A stretch of 63,679 nucleotides of DNA, counting the filler, from Reticulomyxa filosa (Eukaryota; Protista; Foraminifera): NCBI GenBank assembly GCA_000512085.1. It is 20 parts of 20 records of this genome, joined end to end, with 100 filler letters (N's around TTAATTAATTAA, not from the genome) between each part and the next. Parts side by side here need not be neighbours in the genome. Positions count along the whole stretch, not along the records: positions 50,901 to 53,071 come from ASPP01024759.1; positions 53,172 to 54,535 come from ASPP01019985.1; positions 54,636 to 55,839 come from ASPP01005405.1; positions 55,940 to 57,478 come from ASPP01027713.1; positions 57,579 to 58,659 come from ASPP01029643.1; positions 58,760 to 62,107 come from ASPP01000718.1; positions 62,208 to 63,679 come from ASPP01013604.1; 13 more parts are not named here. One strand, written 5' to 3'. The position numbers and the translations under genes were made by a program. Below the pieces are notes generated by a model. That model was not told where the DNA came from. It made no database searches and worked only from the letters and a program-made list of their open reading frames with translations. Shown piece after piece: positions 51,511 to 63,679 of this stretch; the first letter of the stretch is position 1; every line of letters starts with the position of its first letter.

Positions 51511-53025
51511 ATGTCGTGGGAACAAACAATATTAACTCTTAGAACTTTGCTCGGAGATGCACTTGACAAAGGTGTTTTGTCGACTGCCCGTTTTTATGGA
51601 GATAAATTGCTGACCTTGTCAAACTGTTTTGTGTATTTTCTGTTTTGTGTATTTTCTGTTTTTGTATATTTTCTGTTTTGTATATTTTCTGTTTTGTTGA
51701 TTTTCTATTTCGTGGGAAAAAAGAATGAAAGTTAATAAATGATGAATAGATTATTATAATGACGTTTACTTATTGGCAAAGGTGTATTATCATGGACGAG
51801 AATATCGTCGATGTGTTAATTTGTTACAAGAGCATGGATTAGTGCCTCGTCCAAATGTGGAAGGTCCAAAAGATATAACATTTATTGATGAAATGGAAAG
51901 AATGAATCCAAATGGTCAAAAAAAGCCAAATCGACAAGAAGAATTGAAATTTTTATTATTGGCAACTCAAGCCTATGTTTGATTATTTTTTAATAAATAG
52001 ATAAATAAATAAATAAAAATGTATATATATATGTATATATGTATATATGTATATATAATAGTTTGAATGTGGAGAATATGAATCAAGTTTATTGTTATTA
52101 GGAGATGAAGATAATAATGATAAAGATTTAGTATTTCGATCAATTCAACCAAAGTTATTAATGGATTCTTGTGAGATGAATGATACAATTGATGTTAATT
52201 TATATTTGTATGTAATGGTATTGTATTTATTTATTTATTTAAGAAATAAATAAATGTATACATATATATATATATATATATATATAGATAACATCAGCAT
52301 TATGTGTTATTCGAGCACGTGCATTAGAACAACAAGGTAATTTGCAAAGAGCATTACATTGGTATAAAAAAGCGTTACTTGTTGATGCTAAGAATACTGA
52401 AGTTTTGTAAAAAGAATGAATTATAAGTTTAAAATATATATATATATATATATATATGTTATATAATTAATAGGCATTTGAATTTATGATTTCACGAAAA
52501 TTGTTTACTCCAAATCAAGGTAAATTTATTTTTAAAAATATATTTTAAAAATATATATATATATATATATATAAAAGCTCGAATCTTATTACAAGAATTA
52601 TTATTTCCAAAAGATTATGAATGGCTGAAATTATTTTATGAAAGTAAAATAAATGAAATGGGATGTTGTTATGAAGAATTAGAACGTATACAAAATGAAA
52701 TAAAAAAAATAAAACCTTTAGATAAATGTCAAGATATGTCAATTATTTTAGCAAATAGTTATTATATTTTAAATGGATATCATGAATCTTATAATATTAC
52801 TAAAAATATTTTAATAAATGATCCTTTTATTTTAGAATGTTTACCATCACATATATCATGTTTAGTTGAATTAGGTAAACAATCAGAAATGTATTTATTG
52901 GCACATGATTTAATTGAGAATTATCCTGAAAAGGCTATTTCATGGTATGCTGTAGGTTGTTATTATTGTATGATTAGAAGACAAGATACAGCTAGAAAAT
53001 TTTTATTAAAAGCAACAAAATTGGG
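51511..53025 (+). CDS. CDC16: Anaphase-promoting complex subunit 6 (CDC16), 3'-truncated, multi-exon
   Basis: TARFYGDKLLTLS; DVYLLAKVYY; DPFILECLPSHISCLVELG...LAHDLIENYPEKAISWYAVGCYY...ARKFLLKAT. Confidence 0.92.
51626..51695. repeat. Intronic minisatellite, about 16-17-bp unit TTTTGTGTATTTTCTG, 4 copies
   Basis: Tandem copies are visible in the first CDC16 intron. Confidence 0.75.
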
Positions 53026-53454
53026 TATGTATAATATATTGATATATTGATATATTGATATATTGATATATNNNNNNNNNNNNNNNNNNNNNNNNNNNNN
53101 NNNNNNNNNNNNNNNTTAATTAATTAANNNNNNNNNNNNNNNNNNNNNNNNNNNNNNNNNNNNNNNNNNNNATAAAAATGGATTGTACAGGTTCTAAATA
53201 ATTTTCAATTCAAATGATAAAAAAGTCTTTCTTCAACAAAAAACATTGCAAAAAAGTTCGAAACAAAGAAATTCCCAAAAAAAAAAAGGTACAAAGCAGA
53301 TTATTTCAGGGATGGTAATCTCGCAGGCTAATGAAGGAAAAAAAAATGGAGCTGATCGTATGTTGACAATGTAATGTAGATTTTATTTCTTGCACAGGAC
53401 AACGTGTAGTATCCAAAAAGTTTGCACCTAAAACGATACCAACAAAATGATTCC

Positions 53455-54470
53455 TATTTAGGACGTGTTTTCTTCTTGTTCATCCTCCGTGTCAAATGCA
53501 TCGTCAAGATCGGTTGTGTCCAATAATGCCTCCACCACTAGCAATTGCTATACAACAAGGAATGGAGAGATTTCAATGCATACAAATACATCACATTTAA
53601 ATCAAAAATAAATAAATAAATAAATAAAAGAAGATTAACTTGAGTCAGACTATGTATTTTCTCTTCATACATTTCTTTCATGTATTGCAATTTCATATTT
53701 TCTTTTTGTAAATCGATAATCAATTGATCCGTCTTTGGAATTTCGAGAGACAAGCTAGAGGGATGAATGACCACACTCATGTTCGTGCTTCTCGCTCCAA
53801 TGAGATCAATGTTGTCATCTTTCATTTCCGTTTCATTTTTGGCACTTGGAGAAGAGGGCTGGTCTGACGTCAGTGATGTGTTGGTGTCATGTTTCAAATG
53901 CATAAATATACGCTCCAATTTGTCTACCTTTTCTTGCACATCACGTAATTTCCCTTGCAACGTCTCCACTTCACGTTCCAATTGGATATTCTTGCGTGCG
54001 TATTCCTTTCATATTTTATATGTGTATAAATAAACAAATAAACAAATAAATAAATAAATGATTATATATACATATACATATACATATATGTATACATATA
54101 TAAATATATAATCATTTATTTGTTTATTTGTTTATTTGTATATTTGCAATGTTACCTCGTTGTCATCTTTTTCTCGTTTCAACAGCCACGCGAGTTTTTC
54201 AATTTCTTCGCGGAGCAATTTCATTCCCAATATTGCGCTTGTTTCCTTTGGTTTTATTGTTATGTAATGTTGTTTAAGTGATCATTGATTAATCAGTGTA
54301 TATATGACAACAACAACAACAACAATAATAATAAAAATAAGTAACAGGTTGAATGACAGCCAGTCCAGTGGTTAGACTCGTATGACGCATTAAGCCGATG
54401 CTGGAAATGAAGGGCGCTTTGGGAGCTTTGACCTCGTCTTCTTCTTTCTTAAAAGTAGGCACCGACACTA
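53455..54470 (-). CDS. C-terminal exons of a coiled-coil protein
   Basis: Heptad-rich exons (EREVETLQGKLRDVQEKVDKLE; DLQKENMKLQYMKEMYEEKIHSLTQ) with microsatellite introns. Confidence 0.5.
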
Positions 54471-54504
54471 ACAAGTATACAACCGTGGTTCTTTTTTCTC
54501 TTTT

Positions 54505-54535
<31 letters not shown>

Positions 54536-54635
54536 NNNNNNNNNNNNNNNNNNNNNNNNNNNNNNNNNNNNNNNNNNNNTTAATTAATTAANNNNNNNNN
54601 NNNNNNNNNNNNNNNNNNNNNNNNNNNNNNNNNNN

Positions 54636-54650
54636 CAAAATGAGCATAAT

Positions 54651-54682
<32 letters not shown>

Positions 54683-55815
54683 AGTTGTCGTTGTTCTTCT
54701 TTATTATTATCATCATCGTTATCATTGTCATCATTTTCTTCGCCTTCGTCGCGATGTTTCAATTGCATGTTCTCATCAATCAAAGTGTCAACCGTGTTCT
54801 TCCATTTCATCAACTGGTCTTTGCGAAATCGATTTTCACTGTCGTTGACGAAACGATGAATGAAGTCGATCATTTGCTCTTTCTGCTGCTTCAATTCCAA
54901 GTTCACCTGTCTCTCTTCTTCCAACAACACTCGATCGTGACTCTTCTTATACTCGTTCATTTGCTCCGTTTCTTTTTCAATGATCGCTCGAAGCGCTTCC
55001 AATGTCCACATCTCCGTTGTCTGTGTCGAATTATTGAACACCGAAAGTGGTTGCAACTTCTTCAACGCCTCCTCGCGTAGTCGCAACGTCAACTTCAATT
55101 TCAACACCGTCTGCTTTTGCTGTTTGATTATTTCCAACGTCTTATCATGCATCGCTTTCAGATTTTCTTTCTCACGCCGAATCGCATAATTCTGTTGTTC
55201 CAGAATTTCAATCGCGTCTTTCCATTTTTCTTTTGCCGTGTGTTTTTCATTCATTGCTACATGTCCCTCGTTGCTTCGATTCTTGTTCATGGCTTCCTCA
55301 TTGTTCACATCATCATTCTCATCTCCCGACAATTGCGTCATACTCATCATAAGATCTCCTCCAACTCCGTTTCTCAGTCTCTCCTTCAACTTTGCAATTT
55401 GACTCACCAACTTGGCGTTTTCCTTTTTCAACGCCCCGATGCTCCCACTTTGATCTTCGTTCAGCAACGCCTTGTTGCGAATAAACTTTGCTCGCCCAGC
55501 AAATTGCAGCGTTGCTAGCGATTCCAACAAATTCGTCGTCGACGGGCTTATATTCGCAATCATGTAAGTCAGCGAATTGCCACCTAATGAATCCTTTTTT
55601 TTTTTTTTTTTATTTAAAACGTTTCATGACTCTTCGCTTTAAGAAGAATTTATATTTAACAAAAACCTAAACTTTGAGAAGAAATGTAAGTTTTGAGTCA
55701 CGATAATGGATATGCTTTCTTGAATTGCCTTTGTTCGTGTCCGCCAATGCTTTCATTACATGTCCCAATACAAGCAAGGATTTGTTAATTGCTCCAGCTT
55801 CTCGTAAGCGATCTC
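54636..55815 (-). CDS. Kinesin motor C-terminus plus coiled-coil stalk (kinesin-12/KIF15-like), internal fragment
   Basis: [16 protein letters not shown]...[14 protein letters not shown]|[17 protein letters not shown]...[20 protein letters not shown]. Confidence 0.9.
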
Positions 55816-56009
55816 TTTTTTTTTTTTTTTTAAAAAAAANNNNNNNNNNNNNNNNNNNNNNNNNNNNNNNNNNNNNNNNNNNNTTAATTAATTAANNNNN
55901 NNNNNNNNNNNNNNNNNNNNNNNNNNNNNNNNNNNNNNNAGAAGAAAATAAAAAAGATACACCAAATCTAAATGAACAAACAAAGACCATACAAAGAAAA
56001 ATGATTCCA

Positions 56010-56116
56010 TGAATGAGGACCAATCCAATAAAAATGAATCCAGGAACGAAGACCAGTCAAATAAAAAAAACGACTCCAGAAATGAAGACTAGTCTACAAA
56101 AAAAAACGACTCCGGA
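56010..56116 (+). repeat. About 33-34-bp tandem repeat, 3 copies (NEDQSNKNESR-like)
   Basis: gaatgaggaccaatccaataaaaatgaatccag / gaacgaagaccagtcaaataaaaaaaacgactccag / aaatgaagactagtctacaaaaaaaaacgactccgg. Confidence 0.7.
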
Positions 56117-57699
56117 AAAAATGACTTCAGAACAAATACAGAACACAGCTCAGGCGACAATATAAACAAAATAACCTTCGCAGAAAAAGCAACGAAACAA
56201 AAGATAGGTATGACAATGAAAATACAAGATACTGAATGGAATGAAGCATGGGAAATTAATGACAAAGAAAGTGACAAATATACAAGGAAAAGAACTCAGC
56301 ATAAAATGGCTCAAGGAAACGCAAGGTCTAGAGCTTAAAGTTGAACATGACAAGAAAATAATCATATCAGTCAAGCAAGAACGGATTAAAGAAATAGCAA
56401 TGCAATCATCACTGGAATCACATACAAAGTAATTATAATACAAGTAAAGAAGTTCCACAACGAAAGAATAAACATAGAAAGAATAATACAAGACAGAAAG
56501 TAATTAAAGTAATCAAAGAAAAAAATAACAATGATGAAATGGAAATTTGGTACATGATATCAGAAAACGAAATAAATACACTAATGGAAAGCAGGAAATA
56601 TAATTATCAGGAACAACTAAAAATACGAACAAACAGCGTCAGATTAGTTCAAGCAAAGGAGAACCTGGAATTTCAAAAAAAGACTGGTTAAATGATATAA
56701 GAAAACAAAAGGAAACACAAATACAAAATCAAAGAAGTCATAACAGGAAGAGCAAACTCTCAACATAAGACAACAAACAATGCAAAGACAAAGACTGGAA
56801 CAAAATCTGATTAACAGCAACACAACTACACTACCAATAAGAAGCAATAGAAGAAGAAAAAGAAAAAAATGAAATAATCAATAAATACAAAGGAATACTA
56901 TCACAAAACATAAATGAAATAAAAGAAAAATACAAAATTAACAGAGAAGCCAATGAACAAATAACCTCAAAGATGCAATAGAAACAATAATAAAAATAAA
57001 AAATATCAAACATGAAACAGAAATAACCGAAGAAGATGAATACATAATCAATGAACAATACTACAACAATAACATTTCTTTTATGAATTTCAATAGTCCT
57101 TCTAGTTGTCTATTTCTTTTATTGTTTCGTTTCTATTTCAACTTGATTGTGTGATTTCTTCCGTTTTGTTTTTGTTTCTATTTGTTGAAGTATTAATTGT
57201 GTTCTCATCTTTGTTCTCTGTTTCTTGTATTAAGTCTAGTAATTGGTTTTCTTCATTCGTTTCGTGTTACTTTGCTTGTCTCATTATATTACATTGTTAT
57301 TGCTTTTCCTGTTTTGATCTGCTGTGCAATCTGTGCATTGTCCTTCTTTGTATCTAATGGCTCTGTTGCATTCTTTACATGATTCTAGTTTTTCATACAT
57401 GTATTGATATTTTCTGCATTTTTTTATGTACATAGGCATGATTTCTCCACAATTTTGGCATATTTTTTTTTTTTTTTTNNNNNNNNNNNNNNNNNNNNNN
57501 NNNNNNNNNNNNNNNNNNNNNNTTAATTAATTAANNNNNNNNNNNNNNNNNNNNNNNNNNNNNNNNNNNNNNNNNNNNATACAGTATATTTTGTAGTGAT
57601 GTCGTTTCAAAGCTTGTGTAACTTATTGAGAATACCTGATTTTTCGTGAATCACATTGACGGACAAGACATCATTGCTGTGTTTACATTTTTCTTATTC

Positions 57700-58650
57700 G
57701 TCTTTGTGCATTTCCTACTCAAACATGCTTTCTAATTTGTTTTAGCATATATCTACGATCACATTGGTAGTCTGTTCCAACTGCTGTTCAAATGCGTTTT
57801 TGCACGTAAACTGCAGATGTCTCAACAGCTGCAGTGAACTTGAGTCGACAGTGTTCGATATCGCCGCGACTGGTGAGATACTCCATCCAGCTGTCCCAAT
57901 GGCTATGTCTTTGGAATGCAGACAAACAAACTCTTGCATTTTGCGGTAAAAGTAGTTGTCTAACAAATGCGTAAACATTTCCTCGACCATGGAGAAGATT
58001 TATTCGGACATAAACATGATGATGGCCGGGCTGGGACATACCGCTAATGTTGAGCAGCGCGAGTTTCAAACCAGTTGCAACTGGTTGCTATTGTGATTTG
58101 CATCGGACGATGTTTGCAAAGTGTAGATATCGACCACGCAGGCAAAAACTTGACAAATGATTTGGTGTGCACTTGCGACCACTTGTCTTTGTTGTGTTCG
58201 AAGATGGCATTGAATTGAGCCACGTCGACAGCCTTTTTTTTTCATTGCATTTATAATGTGCATACACACAATTTTATTTATTTTGTAAACAAATGACAAA
58301 GTGCACGTGCATATTCACCACTACCAAAGTTGGTGTTATGCTCGTATACACAACCTTCAATGGCACCATTGCAGCATTTCATCACGTGCCAATTTGAGAC
58401 ATGCCAAACCAGCGATGGAACGCGTAGAGATAGGCCAAATTGCTCATTGTGATGTCTTTCACTGCCCACGTTTTGCAAGAATGGCGATTTGTAGTTGGCG
58501 CTCTTCTCGTGCTCCTTCGTGTTGTCTTGTTTCTGTCAAGCAAGACCATGCACAAAGAATCGAATCATCAAAGAAAAAAATGATAATGGTTGTTCTGTTT
58601 TGTTTTTAACTAACAAGTGAGACATCCAGCTTTTGCAAACTGAGCAAAAA
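57700..58650 (-). pseudogene. Disrupted or mis-assembled coding fragment of unknown family
   Basis: Coding-like composition with introns, but the open frame switches several times between 57742 and 58300. Confidence 0.35.
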
Positions 58651-58789
58651 GTCATTATTNNNNNNNNNNNNNNNNNNNNNNNNNNNNNNNNNNNNNNNNN
58701 NNNTTAATTAATTAANNNNNNNNNNNNNNNNNNNNNNNNNNNNNNNNNNNNNNNNNNNNAAAAAAAAAAAAAAATAATCTTATGAGTCT

Positions 58790-60971
58790 TTTATTATATT
58801 ACATTCACTGGACATACTAATTGTGTAAATAATATTGACTATTCAGTATCTGATGATGTTGATAACAATAAACAAATTCAATCATCCAATGGATATTCAA
58901 GTTATGTGAATCGTGAAATTTTCGCCATATCATTATCAAAACAATTTATTTTTGGGGTATTCAATCAAATAGAATGAATTGGATGATGTTATTGAATTTT
59001 TCATGGACTGATTTGGTGAGATTATTCATACAAAATGTATACAGTCACTTTCAAAAATATTATTGAACCAATTGAATAAGTGTTTGAATTTTTAATTGAT
59101 GTCTTTGAAAATGGAAAAATTACAATCTGTGATTATTGAGGAAAACAGTTGGATAATGCATTCTAATTTTTCATTCATAGATTTCCTTTCATATTTTTAT
59201 GATGGAGATATTTTTGATTCAAATTTTTATAGAGATGCGATTTAATTTATAGATTATCTGATGAAAAAGAAAATGAAGATATTCGTAAAAAAATGTCCAA
59301 GATTACTTGGAAAATTTTCAATGAAATGGAATGAAAAAACAGTTAAATAAAGCTTTTGACTCTTCAATGGCTATATTCAATGATGGAAATAAGAATATAT
59401 GTGCGCGTGAGAAATGTGTAGAATTGATTGCGACAATTGCAGTGAAACTGGATAGAATGCAGCTAAGTAATACTTTCAATTGTTTAATGGACAAAAATGA
59501 GGATGAAGACTTGCGTGATATGTGTGCAATATTACTTGGAAAATTGCAATGAATTTAAAGGAAGACATTTCGATGGTGTTTTTCAAGGTTTGACAAATGG
59601 ATTAAAAGATTAATAATTTGAGTATCCAAGTCTCATGTATACTCACTTAAAATACTTTCAAAAAAATTGAATGAAAAAGCAATTGGATATTACTTTTCAA
59701 TATTTGATGAATGGATTTCAAAATATCAATGGGTATTGCTGTGATACATCCAAATATTTACTTAGAGAAATTGCAGCTCAATTGAATGAAACACAAATCG
59801 ATGCTCTTTTCATATGTTTGATCAATGAATTGAAAGGTAACAATGAAAGAAATCATGAATTATACGCAGAATCTATTGAATATCTTTCAATGAAATTAAA
59901 TCAAAAGCAATTAGATAATGCTTTCGAATGTTTGAATGAATATATTTGTGCTTTATGTGAAACAATTTTAACAAAATTGAATGATAAACAATTGGATAGA
60001 TGTAGTGCTTTCATTCATGGTTTAAAAAAAAAAAAAATAGATTCGTAAATCACGTGCAAAATCACTTGGAGTAATTTCAAAGAAATTTGATGACCAACAG
60101 CTGGAAAATTTAATGAATACTCTGATCAATGGATTGAAAGATAAAGATAAAGGTGTTTGTGAATCACATGCAGCATTACTTGGAGTAAATGCTTTGCCAG
60201 GTTGGAACAGATCGTGTTATTTTTATTCATATGAAAAAGCATTTGAAGAAATTTTAATGAAATTGAATGAAAATCAATCAGAGAGAATTTTCGGTACATT
60301 GATATTTTTTTAAGACGTTTAATGAACGCAACAACAGATAGACTATTGATGTCATTTGAAAGAATATCTACGAAATTAAATGACAAGCAATTGTATTTAT
60401 TGGTGATACATGTATTAGAAAGAATGAAAAAGAGATTTACGCATATTCCATACGCATTGTCAAAAATATCCAAAGATATGTGGAAACGTTTGACAATTTA
60501 TGGATTGAAAGAAAATATCCAATTGAAAAATAAAAATACATTGATGAACAAAGATGATCCAAATAATTGTATTTGGAAAGCCAACGATGCGAACATTGAA
60601 TTATTTGTATTTGATTTGATAACATGCAATTCTTGTATTCAATTGATAATATCACTTTAAGTGATTCAAATGAGTTAATCAGATAGTGTGATAAACAAGC
60701 AATTCAATGGAAATCTCCAATTCATCAGCCAAAATGGACTGATAGCAATAATTACAATGATATTCCATATCATTGTTTAGATAATTGAAGAGAATACATA
60801 CAAAGAATGTTATGCTGTTGTTCATGAAGCAGCAAGAGCAGGAGACTTGTCACAATTCAAATTAGTATTGCAAAATCATCCTATCATTGATATAAATGAT
60901 TCATGTAATGAACACCAACAAACTCCGTTGCATTTGGCAATCAATCATCAACATTGGGATATTTCTCGTTG
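58790..60971 (+). pseudogene. Composite pseudogene: WD40 remnant, then HEAT-like repeats, then ankyrin repeats
   Basis: TFTGHTNCVNNIDYS at 58801; repeated (N)EKQLDxAFxCLxxGL.D....R..CA..L units broken by stops and frameshifts; VHEAARAGDL...QTPLHLAI ankyrin motifs at about 60820-60945. Confidence 0.75.
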
Positions 60972-62107
60972 ACATAATCAATTCTTTTCATTGGATACAT
61001 TGTTTGTTGTTTAATATCAATTTACACATATCTATTGCATCTAAATACTCTTTAGTATTCTTGTTCTTTTTATGTTTCATGATATATTTCATGATATTTT
61101 CAAAAGGAGATCTTAAAATGAATGAATTAACAGCACTCTCTCTGATATCAATATATGCACCTTGTTCAATGCAACAACGAGAAATATCCCAATGTTGATG
61201 ATTGATTGCCAAATGCAACGGAGTTTGTTGGTGTTCATTACATGAATCATTTATATCAATGATAGGATGATTTTGCAATACTAATTTGAATTGTGACAAG
61301 TCTCCTGCTCTTGCTGCTTCATGAACAACAGCATAACATTCTTTGTATGTATTCTCTTCAATTATCTAAACAATGATATGGAATATCATTGTAATTATTG
61401 CTATCAGTCCATTTTGGCTGATGAATTGGAGATTTCCATTGAATTGCTTGTTTATCACACTATCTGATTAACTCATTTGAATCACTTAAAGTGATATTAT
61501 CAATTGAATACAAGAATTGCATGTTATCAAATCAAATACAAATAATTCAATGTTCGCATCGTTGGCTTTCCAAATACAATTATTTGGATCATCTTTGTTC
61601 ATCAATGTATTTTTATTTTTCAATTGGATATTTTCTTTCAATCCATAAATTGTCAAACGTTTCCACATATCTTTGGATATTTTTGACAATGCGTATGGAA
61701 TATGCGTAAATCTCTTTTTCATTCTTTCTAATACATGTATCACCAATAAATACAATTGCTTGTCATTTAATTTCGTAGATATTCTTTCAAATGACATCAA
61801 TAGTCTATCTGTTGTTGCGTTCATTAAACGTCTTAAAAAAATATCAATGTACCGAAAATTCTCTCTGATTGATTTTCATTCAATTTCATTAAAATTTCTT
61901 CAAATGCTTTTTCATATGAATAAAAATAACACGATCTGTTCCAACCTGGCAAAGCATTTACTCCAAGTAATGCTGCATGTGATTCACAAACACCTTTATC
62001 TTTATCTTTCAATCCATTGATCAGAGTATTCATTAAATTTTCCAGCTGTTGGTCATCAAATTTCTTTGAAATTACTCCAAGTGATTTTGCACGTGATTTA
62101 CGAATCT
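60039..62107. repeat. 933-bp inverted duplication (arms 60039-60971 and 61175-62107, 203-bp spacer)
   Basis: Mirror-image identical ORFs have coordinates that sum to 122146. I checked the arm ends base by base. The right arm runs to the contig end. Confidence 0.95.
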
Positions 62108-62207
62108 NNNNNNNNNNNNNNNNNNNNNNNNNNNNNNNNNNNNNNNNNNNNTTAATTAATTAANNNNNNNNNNNNNNNNNNNNNNNNNNNNNNNNNNNNN
62201 NNNNNNN

Positions 62208-63679
62208 ATTCCGGGTTAAAAACCCGGAATTCAAACCCTTTCGGTTCCAACAGACCTGGAGATTGGCGTCTGTTCATGCACCGAGCAAAGAGACCCCGGA
62301 CATTGACGAATGGAATGAACTCCTCGTGCAAATGCAACTCAAGGCTCTTCAATCTACCACTTCTTTTGCCCAGGCAATGTCGCGAGACACAGTTCAGATG
62401 GACTATAACCAAGCACTTTTACACACGTATACGTTTGATTTGGTGATTGGTTGCGTATACTTTATTCTTCTTCTTTTTTGTTGTTGTTGTTGTTGTTGTT
62501 TGATTAGATAGATGAACAATTCATCGGTGATGGACCAGCGCGCCATTCGAAACAGAGATTAAACACTCAATTGGATATAATGGAACGTATCACCAGTGAC
62601 GTCAAAGTTGAGTGGGCAAACTTGTTCTACGAATCCATTGAGGACAAAATCGTGTATCAGTCAAATCAATAATCCTTGAGTCGGAAACCAGCTTGTTCCG
62701 GTTCAATTCCCTACACGATAGGACCGAGTCGGAACATAGGCGAGGGCAGGGAAAAGAGAACGAACATCACTCCAAACAGATTGAAGCACAAGCACAAGCG
62801 ATTATTTCCAAAGATGATCTCGGGCATGCCAGCGACCCGGAAGAAAATATGCCACCATTAAAATCTTTGTCACCATTGCAATCCCACTCCTCAATGGTGG
62901 ATCTCCAAGACACTACTGTTTGTCCTAAACTATGCATAATTATGTATATAAACTTATATACAATATATACATAATAAATATGTACAAATAAACAATAAGT
63001 CGGAAGAAATGGCAAGCCCGAAAAGCAAAGAGCACACACAACGCACCAGCATTGCGTCTGCAACGAAAGAAAAAGATCGATTTGCCAAGTTTCGCACCGT
63101 CGGCGAATTACGTGAATATTTCTTTGAATCGTTTGAACACTGGTGCAAATCCAAAGAAGTGTTGTGGATTGTTCGAGAATTCTTGGATGCTGCTACCACT
63201 TTGATCTTGTTAATCTCTTTTTTTTTTTTTCTCTTCCCCCTTCCTCCCCCCCTCCCCCCCTTTCCCCTCCTAAAAAAAAAAAACAACCAAAAACGTATGT
63301 GGACATATACATTATATACGTACGTATGTATTATTAATAAACACTCGATTGAAGCAAAACACATGGGACGTACTTGCGTGAATTGATGATGGGTGCAGAC
63401 AAAGATGATGTTGAAGAGGAAGACACTTCCGATGCTCTGCAATCGAAAGCAGACTTTCCAAGAATGGTTTATTTATTTGTTGATTTGTTTTGTTTTTTTT
63501 TTTTTTTTGAATGAAATCATCAATGGGATGTTGTTTGTGAAATGCAGTCCAAAGTCGTGGATTTGCAGATTCGTCCGCTGGTTGAAAGGGCCGTGCTGGA
63601 GAGTGTGTTAGACTCTAAAGCCCGAGAATTGTTGGTATGTTTATATTATACGTTTTTTTTTTCCAGTAACTTTTTTTCC
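62208..63679 (+). CDS. Internal exons of a protein of unknown function
   Basis: Several GC-richer plus-strand exons are separated by microsatellite or homopolymer introns. Confidence 0.5.

Noticed and set aside
3368-62207. Recurrent TTAATTAATTAA flanked by Ns, resembling a dispersed repeat
   Set aside because: It is an artificial six-frame-stop contig linker. Gene neighbourhoods across linkers therefore carry no biological meaning.

Overview
This window is not one locus. It is about 20 short eukaryotic draft-assembly contigs joined by artificial 100-bp N44-TTAATTAATTAA-N44 linkers. The DNA is AT-rich, with short spliceosomal introns full of poly-A/T/G and (TA)n runs. That style, and the gene families present (Kelch-like, TRAF-zinc-finger/WD40, caspase-like, HEAT/ankyrin pseudogenes), point to a foraminiferan such as Reticulomyxa filosa; this is an inference. 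Recognisable genes, many truncated by contig ends: Kelch-like propeller, SAM protein, ochratoxinase-like amidohydrolase, C2H2 zinc finger, FYVE-TBC RabGAP, TRAF/WD40, SPX-DUF202 (Vtc-like), claudin-like tetraspan, PDXDC1-like, mitochondrial carrier, YIPF1/2, WEE1, EIPR1/TSSC1, PFDN6, HOP2, CDC16/APC6 and a kinesin-12-like motor. There are also a decayed Ty3/gypsy pol, several pseudogenes and a 933-bp inverted duplication. The most striking observation is a GC-rich, non-coding, self-complementary island at about 4425-5130. Its minus strand carries a minimal hammerhead-ribozyme core (GAAAC-CA-GUC / stem I / CUGAUGA) inside a 49-nt tandem repeat, making it a candidate Penelope-type or retrozyme-like self-cleaving RNA element.
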